64,000 bases of DNA from an uncultured Anaerolineaceae bacterium (GCA_964400875.1 CAYNWK010000002.1:3391-67390), one strand, 5' to 3'. Counted from the stretch's first letter, positions 39,697-52,214 are shown. A program made the numbers and translations. The notes: generated by a model from the sequence alone, not told the origin.

Positions 39697-40547
39697 TTAC
39701 ACCATATCCGCGAAGCTGCGTTCCATACGGCGGAAGTAAATCAGCCCGCTGATCAGCAAGAGCATGGCAATCAGGGCGGAAACTGCAACGACCGGACCCG
39801 GTTGGTTTGCGCTGCCAAACAGCGCCCAACGAAAACCTTCCACCACGCCAACCATGGGATTGAGCGCGTAAAGCACTCGCCAGCGTTCCGGTACCTCATT
39901 TGCGGAGTAAACGATTGGCGTCAAATAAAACCAGAACTGGGTCAGGAACGGGAGGATATAACCCACATCCCGGTAAATCACGTTCAAGGCTGACAACCAC
40001 AAGCCAACGCCCAGCGCGGTAACGAGGGTCAACAGCAAGAACAGGGGCAGCGCCCATACTGCAGCCGTCGGTACGATATGGTAATACCACATCAAGGCGA
40101 GGAGCACGGAGAAGGCGATCACAAAATCTACCACCCCGGATAAGATAGAAGAGATCGGGATCACCAACCGGGGGAAATATACCTTCGTTATCATATTGCG
40201 GTTGATCACCAGCGAGCGCCCGGCGTCGGAGAGCGCCTTCGAAAAGAGCCCCCAAGGCAGCAGGGCGGCGTAGGAAAATACCGGATAAGGGACCTCACCG
40301 GACGAAACGCCTAACAGCCCGCCAAAAAAGACGCTGAAGACCACCATTGACAACACAGGCTGCAGGATGGCCCAGGCGGCGCCCAGCAGGGTCTGCTTGT
40401 AGCGCACCTTGATATCGCGCCAGGTGAGGAAGTAGATCAGTTCCCGATACAGCCAAAGATCCCGCAGGTTAATCGAACTCCAGCCGCGCGAGGGCCGCAG
40501 GATGATCACTTCTTCGCCGGAACCGGGGATGAGAGAAGTCTCGCTCA

Positions 40548-40548
<1 letters not shown>
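39697..40548 (-). CDS. wzm: ABC-2 type polysaccharide exporter permease (Wzm/TagG/KpsM type)
   Basis: Six-helix ABC-2 pattern. WRDIKVRYKQTLLGAAWAILQP motif. ATG 40548 overlaps the fcl stop (ATGA). Confidence 0.8.
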
Positions 40549-41567
<1,019 letters not shown>

Positions 41568-41588
41568 CTATCGGTTAATTCGTCAGGC

Positions 41589-42617
41589 TTACTGCACGAT
41601 AAACTGTGCGTTGCGGTAGCGCTGGCTCTCGGGATTGTTGTAGACGCCGTCCCGCAGCGCGTGGAGCACCTCTCGCACGCCGTCGTCTACGCTGTACTGC
41701 GCCTCGAAACCCAGCTGCTCCTGAATTTTTTGATAAGAAACGGTGATATCGCGCATATCCCCACCGAAAGTCATGTCTTTATAGCGCACGACCGTCTCCG
41801 GGAGCCTTTTCAAGATTAACGCCACAATCTCGTCTTTGGTATGGTTGCCGCGGTCGGTGCCCAGGTTGAATATCTGCCCTGAGATTTCTTCGCGCGGGGC
41901 CGTCAGGCCCAGGTGCAAACCCTGCATGGCATCTTGAAGGTGCAAAAACGAGCGAGAATAGCCGCGCTGGTAGATCAACAGCGCCCGTTTGGTATAGGCT
42001 TCAAGCACGAATTGATTGACGATCATGTCGAAGCGGGTGCGCGGCGAAAGCCCATAAAGCGTCGCCACCCGGAAGATCACGGGGGAACAAGCGGCGTCAG
42101 CGTGCGCAAGTAAATAACGTTCGGCGTTCACCTTCGTCTCCGCGTATAAAGACTGTGGGTTGAGGGGCGAGTCTTCGGTCACTGGTTTGCCGTCCGTGGA
42201 AAGCCCGTAATTGCTGTACGTGGACACGTAAATGAAACGTTCGACGCCCAGGTCGCTCGCCTGTTCGAAAACCCTTTGGGTCGCTTCCACGTTATAACGC
42301 CAGGCTACCTGTCGCCCAACGGCCTGGCAGGCGGGGAAACCCGCTATCGCAGCCAGGTGGATCACTGCTTCGACCGGGGTCCAGCCTTCCCGCGGGGCCA
42401 GGCGGATAGCGCGAGTTTCCCAGACGTTGGCTTTGACGAAATGAAAGCGCGGGTGGTGGAAAAAAGCGGTCAGGGACTCACCTCCGAAGAGCAGATCGTC
42501 CACGACGGTGATGTGACAGCCCTCGCGCAGCAGCCGGGCGGTCAGGGCCGAGCCAATGTAGCCCGCTCCACCGGTGATGAGGATATGCCTGGGTTGGTTC
42601 GATGCCATTCCACTCAC
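41589..42617 (-). CDS. NAD-dependent epimerase/dehydratase family protein (extended SDR)
   Basis: ILITGGAGYIGSAL, YAETKVNAERYL (YxxxK). Confidence 0.8.
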   Translation of the reverse strand: MSGMASNQPRHILITGGAGYIGSALTARLLREGCHITVVDDLLFGGESLTAFFHHPRFHFVKANVWETRAIRLAPREGWTPVEAVIHLAAIAGFPACQAVGRQVAWRYNVEATQRVFEQASDLGVERFIYVSTYSNYGLSTDGKPVTEDSPLNPQSLYAETKVNAERYLLAHADAACSPVIFRVATLYGLSPRTRFDMIVNQFVLEAYTKRALLIYQRGYSRSFLHLQDAMQGLHLGLTAPREEISGQIFNLGTDRGNHTKDEIVALILKRLPETVVRYKDMTFGGDMRDITVSYQKIQEQLGFEAQYSVDDGVREVLHALRDGVYNNPESQRYRNAQFIVQ

Positions 42618-43162
42618 AGGATTTCTTCCCCAGCGCCACCGAGGCTGCTCCGCGCCGGACCTGATGTTCCGGGTTCGGCGGTTTTAATCGCGCCGTCCTT
42701 GTGCAGGAAAAGCTTGATACCTCGAACTTCCAGTGCGGGAAAGTTATCCTCCTCCACCACGGCGAAACCTTGTTCCAGGCAAGTGAGCCTGCAGATATCG
42801 GCGATATCGCCTTCGCCCTGGATGCGCACCGCGGAGTAGCCTTCCTTATCCAGCTCCGAGAGCACGTTCTGAACGCGCAGCCTTGTCCGGCGATAAAGGC
42901 GCATCGATTGATCGATGTAATTCACCGTCAAACGGGCGCGAAACGCCAAGCCTTCGGGGGTGATGATGTAGCGCAGCTTCTTGCGTTGGGCGCGTTTGAC
43001 TTTGACGTACCCCTTTTTGACGAACCGCTTTAAATGCCAGTTCACCGTACCAACAGCGACGCCGACCTTGGCGGCTAAGGAGGCCTGGGTTACATCGGGG
43101 TCGTTCTCGATGTATTCGAGCAGGTTCAGTTCTCGGATGGGATCAGGTGAAGTATCCATCAT
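42614..43162 (-). CDS. Winged-helix (MarR-like, EPS-locus-type) transcriptional regulator with a C-terminal extension
   Basis: LLEYIENDPDVTQASLAAKVGVAVGTVNWHLKRFVKKGYVKVKR. ATG 43162 was chosen because the ORF-track TTG 43171 lies inside the promoter palindrome. Confidence 0.7.
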   Translation of the reverse strand: MMDTSPDPIRELNLLEYIENDPDVTQASLAAKVGVAVGTVNWHLKRFVKKGYVKVKRAQRKKLRYIITPEGLAFRARLTVNYIDQSMRLYRRTRLRVQNVLSELDKEGYSAVRIQGEGDIADICRLTCLEQGFAVVEEDNFPALEVRGIKLFLHKDGAIKTAEPGTSGPARSSLGGAGEEIL

Positions 43163-43171
43163 ATATTCCAA

Positions 43172-43213
43172 AATTCAACTGCTGAATTATAACCGTTGCT
43201 TCGAAAAGATCAA
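43172..43213 (-). promoter_or_regulatory. Sigma70-type promoter with an overlapping palindromic operator (regulator gene)
   Basis: Minus strand reads TTGATC-16 nt-TATAAT. AATTCA-N5-TGAATT (43172-43188) overlaps the -10 and the predicted TSS. The block GGTTATAATTCAGC..(T/C)TGAATTTT is shared with 49372-49413. Confidence 0.65.
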
Positions 43214-43231
43214 GGGCGTATCCGGTTGCTC

Positions 43232-43259
43232 AGGAATTACCAGAACGCCGGGAAAGTCC
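43232..43259 (+). repeat. Conserved intergenic motif, copy F (diverged)
   Basis: AGGAATTACCAGAACGCCGGGAAAGTCC lies just upstream of the -35 of the regulator promoter. Confidence 0.55.
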
Positions 43260-43295
43260 TGCGCAAATTTCACCCAACTAATCCAGACGCCGACC

Positions 43296-45299
43296 TCATG
43301 GCTTGGGCTCGTAAACTTCAATGCCAAGATTCTTGAAGGACTTTGCCCGGTGGTAATAGGCGCGTAAAGGTTCTGTGACCCGGGACACCCAGGCATCGTT
43401 CTCTTCGCCAAAAGAAAATTCACGGCCCTTGTAGTTTATCCGCTGGGGATCGGTGACGATCAAAGCGAAACGGTGTTGACTTAAGTCTTCGTAAAACGCC
43501 TGAAGATACTCCGTGTTGTTCGCCATGACCATTTCCATCAGAAACACGTTTTCATAATCTTGGACCAGCGGCACGTCCGTGATCTGGTCGAAGGTGAGCA
43601 AATGGCGCTGCGAGATGAACAGCACTTCCCCTCCGTCCCCAACCGCCTCCTGAGTCATCCCCCTTAATGAACTCAACGCTGCTTGAGCACGCTGGCTGTC
43701 GGGCAAGGACCCCGGGACGCTTTCGGTCAGCGTAAAAATCACCGGGACCAGCACGATCAACCCCAGCAAAAAGGCTGGGGTTTCACTTGCATCCAGCGCA
43801 GCTGAGCTGCCATGGATTTTTCCAAAGCAAGCATAAGCGCCTACGACGAGCAGCAAAGTCAAAAATGCGTCCAGGTTGTGCAGATTGCTGCCGCCCCCGA
43901 TCTTGACGCTCACCACCACGCCGCCGGCAAAAAGGACGAGCAAACTGCTTGCCAGACCCCACTGCCGGGTCCAGCTGATCCCGCGCAGCCGGCGAACGAT
44001 CAACCAAATGAGCGGGAGAGAGGCCAGAGCAACAGCCGGCAGGACGCCCAGCGGGTAAGTCGCGCTGGGTAAGAGCCGATACCAGAGCAGGTCCGAGGTC
44101 AAACTGGAGGTCAAGGCGCTGCGATCTGCGCCACTGAATGTAAAGTACAGCTGCTGCCCGCCGAGGGCCGTCAACGTCCCAACCAGGAAGAAGGCGACCG
44201 GCTGCTGCAAATAACGGCTTAACGAGCGCAGGTCTGCAACCTCTTTACCAACCCGAACCTCGAGTAAATAGAGGCTGGCTGCCAGCAAGCCGGGCACAGG
44301 AAACCAGTTCAACCGGCTGATCCCCGCCCAAAGTGAGGCTACGATAACCACGCCGAGAGTCTTCCAGAATTTGTCCCTGTCAAAGCCCCACAGGACGATC
44401 AGGGCGCAAACGAGCAGATGGTAGTACACCGGACCCTGAAATAAAAACAAGAACGTCCAGGACAGGAAAAAGATTAATACGAGTTTCGAACGTTCTTTAT
44501 TGATCGACAAGCGCTTGGCCAGCGTGGAGGCCGTGATTAGCGTAAATCCCACCCAAAGGATGACCTGCCACAGGCGGTGGAACCAGAGCGGTAGTTCGGG
44601 GATGATGAAGGGGATCGACTGCATGAGATAGCGCGTGGGATGCAGCGCTGAAGGCGGCACGGAAACCCCGTATATTTGGGGGGCAAAGAACAAGGAAGCA
44701 TAATAATACCGGCTGGCTTCCGACCAGGTCAAGGAAAAGGGATAAGTAGAGACCTGGGGCCAAAACGTCGCCAATTTAAAGACCAAAGCGGTCAGCGTCC
44801 CGGAGAGTAGCATGACCCCCGGCCAGTTCCGCAGCCATAACTCCAAACGGGATGTATACGTTGTGGAGCCCGAGATATTTCCCAAATAGGCAGCTAAGAA
44901 GATCGTCCCCGCAAAAGCAGCCAGCCAGAAAAACCCCAGGCGCACGACGAACGGCGAGACCTGTTCCCTGAACGGGCCGAATACCAGAGCGATGAATCCA
45001 CCTGAAGGAAGCAGAAACAGAGGCAAATTCCAGGCGCCTAACCTGGAGAGTTGCTCCTGTAAACCGGCGATGGGACCGGAAGAACGACTCCAGCCCCGAG
45101 TCCAGGTGAGGACCAGCACACCCAGCCACATCAAAGCCCCGGCGAGCGCCAAAGCGAACAATGCGGTCCACTTGCGTGAGACGAACAACATCCCGAGGTC
45201 TGCGGCCTGCTGTGCAATCTTCACCGTCGATGCACCGAGCAGCAGAAATGAGGCCGCGAGAAGGAGGCGCCAAGCAGCGATGGCAGGTTTTGCTTCCAT
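43296..45299 (-). CDS. Large polytopic membrane protein with a soluble C-terminal domain, unknown function
   Basis: 667 aa from ATG 45299 (MEAKPAIAAWRLLL...) with about 14 or more hydrophobic helices. The ORF-track N-terminal 170 aa overlap the upstream gene in another frame and look non-coding. Confidence 0.55.
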   Translation of the reverse strand: MEAKPAIAAWRLLLAASFLLLGASTVKIAQQAADLGMLFVSRKWTALFALALAGALMWLGVLVLTWTRGWSRSSGPIAGLQEQLSRLGAWNLPLFLLPSGGFIALVFGPFREQVSPFVVRLGFFWLAAFAGTIFLAAYLGNISGSTTYTSRLELWLRNWPGVMLLSGTLTALVFKLATFWPQVSTYPFSLTWSEASRYYYASLFFAPQIYGVSVPPSALHPTRYLMQSIPFIIPELPLWFHRLWQVILWVGFTLITASTLAKRLSINKERSKLVLIFFLSWTFLFLFQGPVYYHLLVCALIVLWGFDRDKFWKTLGVVIVASLWAGISRLNWFPVPGLLAASLYLLEVRVGKEVADLRSLSRYLQQPVAFFLVGTLTALGGQQLYFTFSGADRSALTSSLTSDLLWYRLLPSATYPLGVLPAVALASLPLIWLIVRRLRGISWTRQWGLASSLLVLFAGGVVVSVKIGGGSNLHNLDAFLTLLLVVGAYACFGKIHGSSAALDASETPAFLLGLIVLVPVIFTLTESVPGSLPDSQRAQAALSSLRGMTQEAVGDGGEVLFISQRHLLTFDQITDVPLVQDYENVFLMEMVMANNTEYLQAFYEDLSQHRFALIVTDPQRINYKGREFSFGEENDAWVSRVTEPLRAYYHRAKSFKNLGIEVYEPKP

Positions 45300-45310
45300 C
45301 AAGGATGCAC

Positions 45311-46366
45311 CTATTCCCCCAGGCCGGGGTGTTCGGCGATCTCCGCCTGGCGACGCGTGCCCGGCATCAGTGCGGGTACGAAGATCGCGCCCGGCAGGCT
45401 GGCGAACATCATCATCGTGCGCAAAAGCAAGGCTGCCGTCAGGCTGCTCTGCAAGGAAGTCCCTGCAACCGCAGAAAAGAGGTATGTCAGGGATACTTCC
45501 TGGATGCCGTACCCGTTGATCGAGAAAGGCATCAAGGTGATGAAATAAACCAGGCTGTACAAACCACCTACCTGCCAGAAGGATACGCTCTCGCCCATCC
45601 CTGTGAAAAATATGCTCAAGATGGCAAAAAAGCACAACATGTGGACCCAGGTCAGTGCCAGAGAAAGCAGTAAGGCGCGCGGCTGTCCGAACCACAGGGA
45701 TAACGCCTCCAATAAGCGCCGCAGGAGACTGTGGCCTTTCTCCCAGGCGAGCCGCCACCAGCGGCCCAGAGGCAGAACCGCCAGATAAGCCGGGGCGTCC
45801 TTCGAGCAATAGCCGTCAATCCAGCCGAGGCTATCCAGCGTCTGGCCGGGGTTCGTCATCAGATTGGCGCGCAGGAAACTCGGCAACCCGAAAGGTACCG
45901 CCATCGCCATCCCCGCCATTCCCACCAGCCGGTCCACGATCAAGGAGGCCGCGCTCACTACCGCGTCGGTGTTCAACTGCAGCACACCGGCCAGGCGGAT
46001 GACGTCTCCGCCGATCGTGGTGGGTAGGAAATTTGAAGCAAAAAGACCTGCGAAGGTGATCCGCAGGCTCTGTAACGGGCTGATCTCCAGTTTTGAAGCT
46101 CGCAATAACACATGCCAGCGGGCCCAAACAGCCAGCCGCGATACAAACATCAAAGTCAACGCCAGGAGCAAACGCCACAGCGGGATCGAACGGACTGCCT
46201 CGGCGATCTCGTCCCAACCTTGCTGGCTGAGCAAATAGATCAGCAGCACGACCGCCAGCAGCGTTCCAAACAAGCGGATGAAGAAGACCGCGCGCCCCTT
46301 CATCAAATTACGGATTTGATCTTTCATCTTGGCGCTATTTTCCTTTGGTGGTCTTCCTGCACTCAT
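45311..46366 (-). CDS. UPF0104 / LPG-synthase-TM-like flippase-like membrane protein
   Basis: LFASNFLPTTIGGDVIRL motif. About 8 TM helices. Confidence 0.65.
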   Translation of the reverse strand: MSAGRPPKENSAKMKDQIRNLMKGRAVFFIRLFGTLLAVVLLIYLLSQQGWDEIAEAVRSIPLWRLLLALTLMFVSRLAVWARWHVLLRASKLEISPLQSLRITFAGLFASNFLPTTIGGDVIRLAGVLQLNTDAVVSAASLIVDRLVGMAGMAMAVPFGLPSFLRANLMTNPGQTLDSLGWIDGYCSKDAPAYLAVLPLGRWWRLAWEKGHSLLRRLLEALSLWFGQPRALLLSLALTWVHMLCFFAILSIFFTGMGESVSFWQVGGLYSLVYFITLMPFSINGYGIQEVSLTYLFSAVAGTSLQSSLTAALLLRTMMMFASLPGAIFVPALMPGTRRQAEIAEHPGLGE

Positions 46367-46482
46367 TTCCTAGACATATCCCGGTATTCGGACATAAGCT
46401 CCAATTGTAATGGAAAACACCAACGCATATGCCTGTTTCGACAGCGGATCATTGGGATCCACCGAGGCATAGAGAGCTGTCC

Positions 46483-48381
46483 TCAATTTTGCCTCTCATA
46501 TACGTAAATCGGTGAAGCGTTTTGACATCCCTCGGCCGGGCGAGAAGCTCGTGCTATCTCGATGAACGGCCCATTGGTCAGCTGGGCTTCGATCCAGCCA
46601 TCGTTGTTTTCCACATCGACCAGCACGTAATCAGCCTGTTGAATCCACTCCCTGCCGACTTGCTCATTCCAGTACCCGTACGCGACAAGCGCTGCAGGAT
46701 CGCCGCCCAGGCGGTAAGCGTAATCACCGTTGATCTGCGCCGGGAAGAGTTGAACGGCAGGCAAATATAATAGAGGCACAGCGGAATCTCCGCCGCGCCA
46801 GAAGACGCTCGAACCGGCATGGATTGCGGCATTCAATTGAATGCCGATGTCCTCGTAGCTGCGTAACACATCATGGTCGCAATCGTACGTGTCGTAGCCC
46901 CCACCGAGCACCACCGATGGTGAAAATACGAAGCCCAAAGCCAGGCTGGCGGTCAGCAGCGTAGCGCCGTAAGAAGGATACTGGCGGTGTTCATTCTTCC
47001 GCCTGGCCCAGCGCAGCATCACCCCTACTAGGGATAACCAGATACCCCCGGCGATCAGGCCTGCCAGCGTCGGGATGACCCGGCGCGCGTAACGCTCCAA
47101 ATCGAGATGGCTGAGGTTGAACAGGCTTTGAGGGTAAGCCCCCAGGTTCGTGGTCCCCGGTAGGATCTCGAACAGACGCACCCGGGGCACCTGCAGGTAC
47201 AATATCGACAAGGCTCTTTCCCCTACGCTGGTCGAGGCGCCGTATGCGATCAAAACGAAGAACCCGAACACCACCACCGCGATCAAAACCGAACGCCAGG
47301 CCGGGAGGCGGCGCATCCAGGCCGGAAAGGAGACGATGACGATCAAGAAGCCCAAGAGGGAGAAGAAAGAGATATACAGAGGATAACAAAACACGCAATA
47401 GCTCAACCCCAATGCAGCGACCATGTGGAGCAGCAGCAATAAGACGAACAGGACCGACAAGAAAATTGCTGCGCGATAACGCCAGGCTTCCTCCCACTGC
47501 TTTTTACCAGGCCACAAAAGCCAGGCGTTGAGCGATCCGAAGAGAGCGACGAAATGGAAGCGGAAGCCGTGCAAGAAGCTCAAAATGCGAGTGTCCCACG
47601 AGATCGGCGGGTTCCAGCTGGGCAGGCCGGCAGGTTCCGCCCATGGAGACAAAAAGGGGGCCAGGCTCACCGGCACGAAACGAGCCCACACGACTAGAAT
47701 GCCCGGCCAGTACAGCGCGTGAAGCAGGATTACCGGGGCTAACCCGGCGATAGCCGCCATCAGACCGGTCCGCCAGCCGTATTCCCAGGCGATGTAAAGA
47801 ACCGCCAGGCCAACGACCGGCGCCATATTCAACCGTGTCATCATCAACAATCCCGCTAATGCGGCCCCCAACAAGAGCTGCCAGAGTGGTCGATCTCGAC
47901 CCAGAACCAGGACCAGGGACCAAATCAAGAAAGCCGCCACCAGGGATTGCGAATTAGCGAGACTGTAATGTTTGATCAACGCAGGGTTTAGAGCGATCGC
48001 CCCCACCGCCAGAGCTGCCCACCACAGGTTGCCCAACCGCCTGGCGAGCACCCAGACGCCTGCCAGGGCGATCAGGCCGTTGAAAACCATCAGGTACCGC
48101 CCGGTCCTGAGCCCCGCGCCAAAGAGCTGTTGTACATATCCCGGGATCAGGAAGGACAGGGGCATATGGTTCGACCAGGGACCGTTAGGCGCGTAAGGAA
48201 CATACTGGCGATTGACGAACAGCAAACCTTTCAGCAAATAGGCGCCTTCGTCAAGTAAGGAGATCTGGAAACGAGAGTAATACCACGCTTGAATCAGGTA
48301 AACCAACGCTCCCAAAAAGGCCAGACCGAGCGGGAGACGCCGGTCCGACAGGAACGTCCTCAGGCGCGTTGAGGCTCGCAC
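46483..48381 (-). CDS. Polytopic membrane protein, candidate GT-C fold glycosyltransferase
   Basis: LDEGAYLLKGLLFV...PLSFLIPGYVQQLFG loop, more than 10 TM helices, soluble C-terminal domain. GTG 48381 with AAGGAA SD lies 2 nt after the gmd stop. The ORF track starts at 48465, inside gmd. Confidence 0.55.
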   Translation of the reverse strand: MRASTRLRTFLSDRRLPLGLAFLGALVYLIQAWYYSRFQISLLDEGAYLLKGLLFVNRQYVPYAPNGPWSNHMPLSFLIPGYVQQLFGAGLRTGRYLMVFNGLIALAGVWVLARRLGNLWWAALAVGAIALNPALIKHYSLANSQSLVAAFLIWSLVLVLGRDRPLWQLLLGAALAGLLMMTRLNMAPVVGLAVLYIAWEYGWRTGLMAAIAGLAPVILLHALYWPGILVVWARFVPVSLAPFLSPWAEPAGLPSWNPPISWDTRILSFLHGFRFHFVALFGSLNAWLLWPGKKQWEEAWRYRAAIFLSVLFVLLLLLHMVAALGLSYCVFCYPLYISFFSLLGFLIVIVSFPAWMRRLPAWRSVLIAVVVFGFFVLIAYGASTSVGERALSILYLQVPRVRLFEILPGTTNLGAYPQSLFNLSHLDLERYARRVIPTLAGLIAGGIWLSLVGVMLRWARRKNEHRQYPSYGATLLTASLALGFVFSPSVVLGGGYDTYDCDHDVLRSYEDIGIQLNAAIHAGSSVFWRGGDSAVPLLYLPAVQLFPAQINGDYAYRLGGDPAALVAYGYWNEQVGREWIQQADYVLVDVENNDGWIEAQLTNGPFIEIARASRPAEGCQNASPIYVYERQN

Positions 48382-48383
48382 GA

Positions 48384-49413
<1,030 letters not shown>

Positions 49414-49433
49414 GGTTTCCGCGAGTGCACCCT

Positions 49434-51035
49434 TCAGCTTGGACGGTCTGCTTTCTTGCGAGACCAATCCCACATGAAGAACAATACCGCGCTGGCTAAA
49501 CCCAGGCCGACGGTTTTAAAAACATCCTGCACCGGCCACTCCAATGGGGTGACCCGGCGCAGGTACCAGGGCACGAACCAGGCGAGGATGAAACCCAATC
49601 CAATTAAAGTCCGCGTAAGCCAGGGATCGCGGCTTTCGCGTTGGCTTACCCAGGCCCAGGCGCCCAGCGCGATCTGTAAGCCTGCAAAAGCCACCCTGTA
49701 GCGTGGGTTATCCCACAAATCACCGCCGCTGCGCCAGGAGGCTAGCAACACCCCCCACCATACAATCAGGCTCAGACCTCCCGCAACACGTATCTGCCTG
49801 GATCGCTCCCTCCCCCAGGACAGGAGTACCCGCAAAGGCGCATAGAGCAGCAAAGGAAGCAGCAATGTCCAGCCCAGCGCGCGCCAAATCGCCAGCGCTT
49901 TCCAAACCGGATTCCCGCCGGTGAGCACGGCAGCCGGTAGAAAAGGCTGCAAAATACCATATCCTAACAAAAACCAGACGTGAACGGATTCCGGCGTGGA
50001 GCGGAAGATCTTCTGCAGCCACCCAGAACCCTGCCTGGCGACATGGGTCTGCCATTTAACGGCTTCCCGCAGCCACCATCCGGCCAGGGCGACGGGGTTA
50101 TTGATCCCCTGAGGGGCGATGCGTCCCCAAAACAACCACAAGCCAACCGCGGCAATTATTGCCAGGCCGATTAAGGCGTACCAAAAATTGCGCTGCCTCC
50201 ATACCTGCTGCCCACCCAAAGCCAGCGCCAGGATCAGCAGCATCCCGAGCATCAAAGCAGTGAAAGGCGGCGAGAAAGGCAGGCTAAGCACCAGGCCGAC
50301 AAGCAGCAAGGCAAATCCGACCCCGGCGCGATCCTGCCAAAACCACACCAACGCGTAAAAAGCGACCATCACTAGCGTGACAGTAAACGCCTCCCGCATC
50401 TGCGAGCTGCCCAACAAGATAGCCTCCGGGTAGAGCGCAAACGCCCAGGCGCCAAGGTTGGCGGCAGGCGCGTTCCAAACCCGACGGGCAAAGGCCCAGG
50501 TGAAGAGCACCCCCAGCGAAGAAAACGATGCCGCGATCACCACCATGAGCAGCGGCAGGTGCACGGCGCCCCCCAGGTAGCGGTAAACCAGCGCGCTGAA
50601 GAACAACAACCCGCCATACTGGTCGGCCAATCGATAGTCTCGAAACGCCGTCCATAAAGGCTCACTGCTGCTTGCCAGCTGCCAGGCGGTCGTATCCCTG
50701 GCGTGCGCGTCCGCCATCACATATCCGGCTTGTTCGACCGGCGAGCCATAGCCCCAGGCCGGCAGGGCCAAATAGAAGAACAAACCCAACGCGAGCCGCA
50801 ACCCGGCCGCGCTCATCATCAGCCAGAACAACCACTTTGGGAGCGAGAGAGCCGCGTCGAGGCGGACGGTGCGCCACCCGGCAAACAAGATCAGCGCAGC
50901 TAAGAGGAGCACCAGCACGAAGGAGAGCCACGAGCGGAAATCCAATGCGCCTAACGAAGCCCAGGTCAGCAATAAGCTGAGAAGGGCCAGCGCGAAAGCC
51001 CCGAACAGCCAGCGTAACCACTTCGGCGCGCTCAT
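49434..51035 (-). CDS. Polytopic membrane protein, unknown function (polymerase/ligase or GT-C-like candidate)
   Basis: 533 aa with about 12 or more hydrophobic helices. No signature motif recognised. Confidence 0.45.
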   Translation of the reverse strand: MSAPKWLRWLFGAFALALLSLLLTWASLGALDFRSWLSFVLVLLLAALILFAGWRTVRLDAALSLPKWLFWLMMSAAGLRLALGLFFYLALPAWGYGSPVEQAGYVMADAHARDTTAWQLASSSEPLWTAFRDYRLADQYGGLLFFSALVYRYLGGAVHLPLLMVVIAASFSSLGVLFTWAFARRVWNAPAANLGAWAFALYPEAILLGSSQMREAFTVTLVMVAFYALVWFWQDRAGVGFALLLVGLVLSLPFSPPFTALMLGMLLILALALGGQQVWRQRNFWYALIGLAIIAAVGLWLFWGRIAPQGINNPVALAGWWLREAVKWQTHVARQGSGWLQKIFRSTPESVHVWFLLGYGILQPFLPAAVLTGGNPVWKALAIWRALGWTLLLPLLLYAPLRVLLSWGRERSRQIRVAGGLSLIVWWGVLLASWRSGGDLWDNPRYRVAFAGLQIALGAWAWVSQRESRDPWLTRTLIGLGFILAWFVPWYLRRVTPLEWPVQDVFKTVGLGLASAVLFFMWDWSRKKADRPS

Positions 51036-52213
51036 TCCGCTTCCTCCAGGCCGGAAAGCAGCCGTTCAGCGCGCGCCTCCCAGGAATATGCCTGGGCTGT
51101 CTGGCGCGCTTGCTCAGACAAACCGGCGCGCGCTTCCGGCTGGCTACACAAATTGGTGATTGCCGCGCGCCAGGCAGCGATGTTTTCCGGAGGTAAGAGC
51201 ACGGCATTCTCCGGAGAGAGCACCTCGCGCAGTACAGGCAGATCGCTCGACAGGATCACCCGCCCGCAGGCCATGTATTCAAACAATTTCATCGGGCTTA
51301 AATAACGAGCAATATCTCCCCCGGAAGAAGCCGCCACCCTGTGTTGGTAGGGCATCAATAAGAAGTCGCAAGCCGCCTGGTAACCCGGCAGGTCAGCGTT
51401 GGGGATAAATCCGGTCAGGTGGACGTTGGACAGGTCCCGAGCCTGCGCCTGGGTCTTCAAGCGCTTTACCGCCTCCGGCTCCCCACCAGCGATTATGAAG
51501 GATATCCGGGGAAGCAATCCGGCCAGGTCCAAGAGCATTTCCGCGCCTCTGCCGGCATATAGATGGCCGCTGTAACCGGCGGTGAAGGCGCTTTCGGGAA
51601 GGGAGAGGCCATGCTTGCGGTTAAGCGCCCGCCGCGCCGTCTGTGGTCCCGGCAGTTCTCGGTATCGTCCCAGGTCCACGCCATCGGGCGCTACGATCGT
51701 CCGTGGCGGCCGCAGCTCGACCTCGAATCGGTGAGAGAGGTCATCCCTAAGCGACGCGGAGATCAACACCATCCGCTCGATGCGACGGCTTCGGAGCATG
51801 CGGTGGAAAAGTAGGGGTCCCGCGGAGCCTTGGGGCATGTCGTGGACTTCAAAAATAGTCCGGATGCCGCGCCAGCTTGCCAGGGCGGCGGCTTGCGGCA
51901 GGCGGGTATACAGGTAATCAGCTTTCAAAGCTAGTGCCCTGTTTACCGCCCGCCAGCCGTAATCATATTTGCGCAAGGCACGTTTAGCGGCGATCCACTC
52001 GATCGGAAAGCGAACCTGCAAGCCGTAATGGCGGGAGAGGGAATCCCAGTCGCGCGCTTCTTCAGGCATATCCCCTTCGGTACTCACCTCCGGCGCGAGA
52101 AGGACGACCTCGTGTCCGATGGAGGCCAGCCCTTGCGTCATCTTCATTACTTGCAAGGAATTCGCCCGGCGAGAGGGAACCCGGGTTGGGGCGACGACCA
52201 CGATCTTGACCAT
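51032..52213 (-). CDS. Family 4 (GT-B) glycosyltransferase
   Basis: MVKIVVVAPTRVPSRRANSLQVMKM N-terminus. C-terminal MKLFEYMACGRVILSSDLPVLREV (EX7E). ATG 52213 lies next to the wzx stop. Confidence 0.8.
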   Translation of the reverse strand: MVKIVVVAPTRVPSRRANSLQVMKMTQGLASIGHEVVLLAPEVSTEGDMPEEARDWDSLSRHYGLQVRFPIEWIAAKRALRKYDYGWRAVNRALALKADYLYTRLPQAAALASWRGIRTIFEVHDMPQGSAGPLLFHRMLRSRRIERMVLISASLRDDLSHRFEVELRPPRTIVAPDGVDLGRYRELPGPQTARRALNRKHGLSLPESAFTAGYSGHLYAGRGAEMLLDLAGLLPRISFIIAGGEPEAVKRLKTQAQARDLSNVHLTGFIPNADLPGYQAACDFLLMPYQHRVAASSGGDIARYLSPMKLFEYMACGRVILSSDLPVLREVLSPENAVLLPPENIAAWRAAITNLCSQPEARAGLSEQARQTAQAYSWEARAERLLSGLEEAE

Positions 52214-52214
52214 C

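Noticed and set aside
45300-45809. N-terminal 170 codons of ORF 43296-45809.
   Set aside because: They overlap the 3' end of the UPF0104 gene (45311-46366) in another frame, and the sequence is low-complexity (R/G/P-rich). A clean membrane-protein N-terminus starts at ATG 45299.
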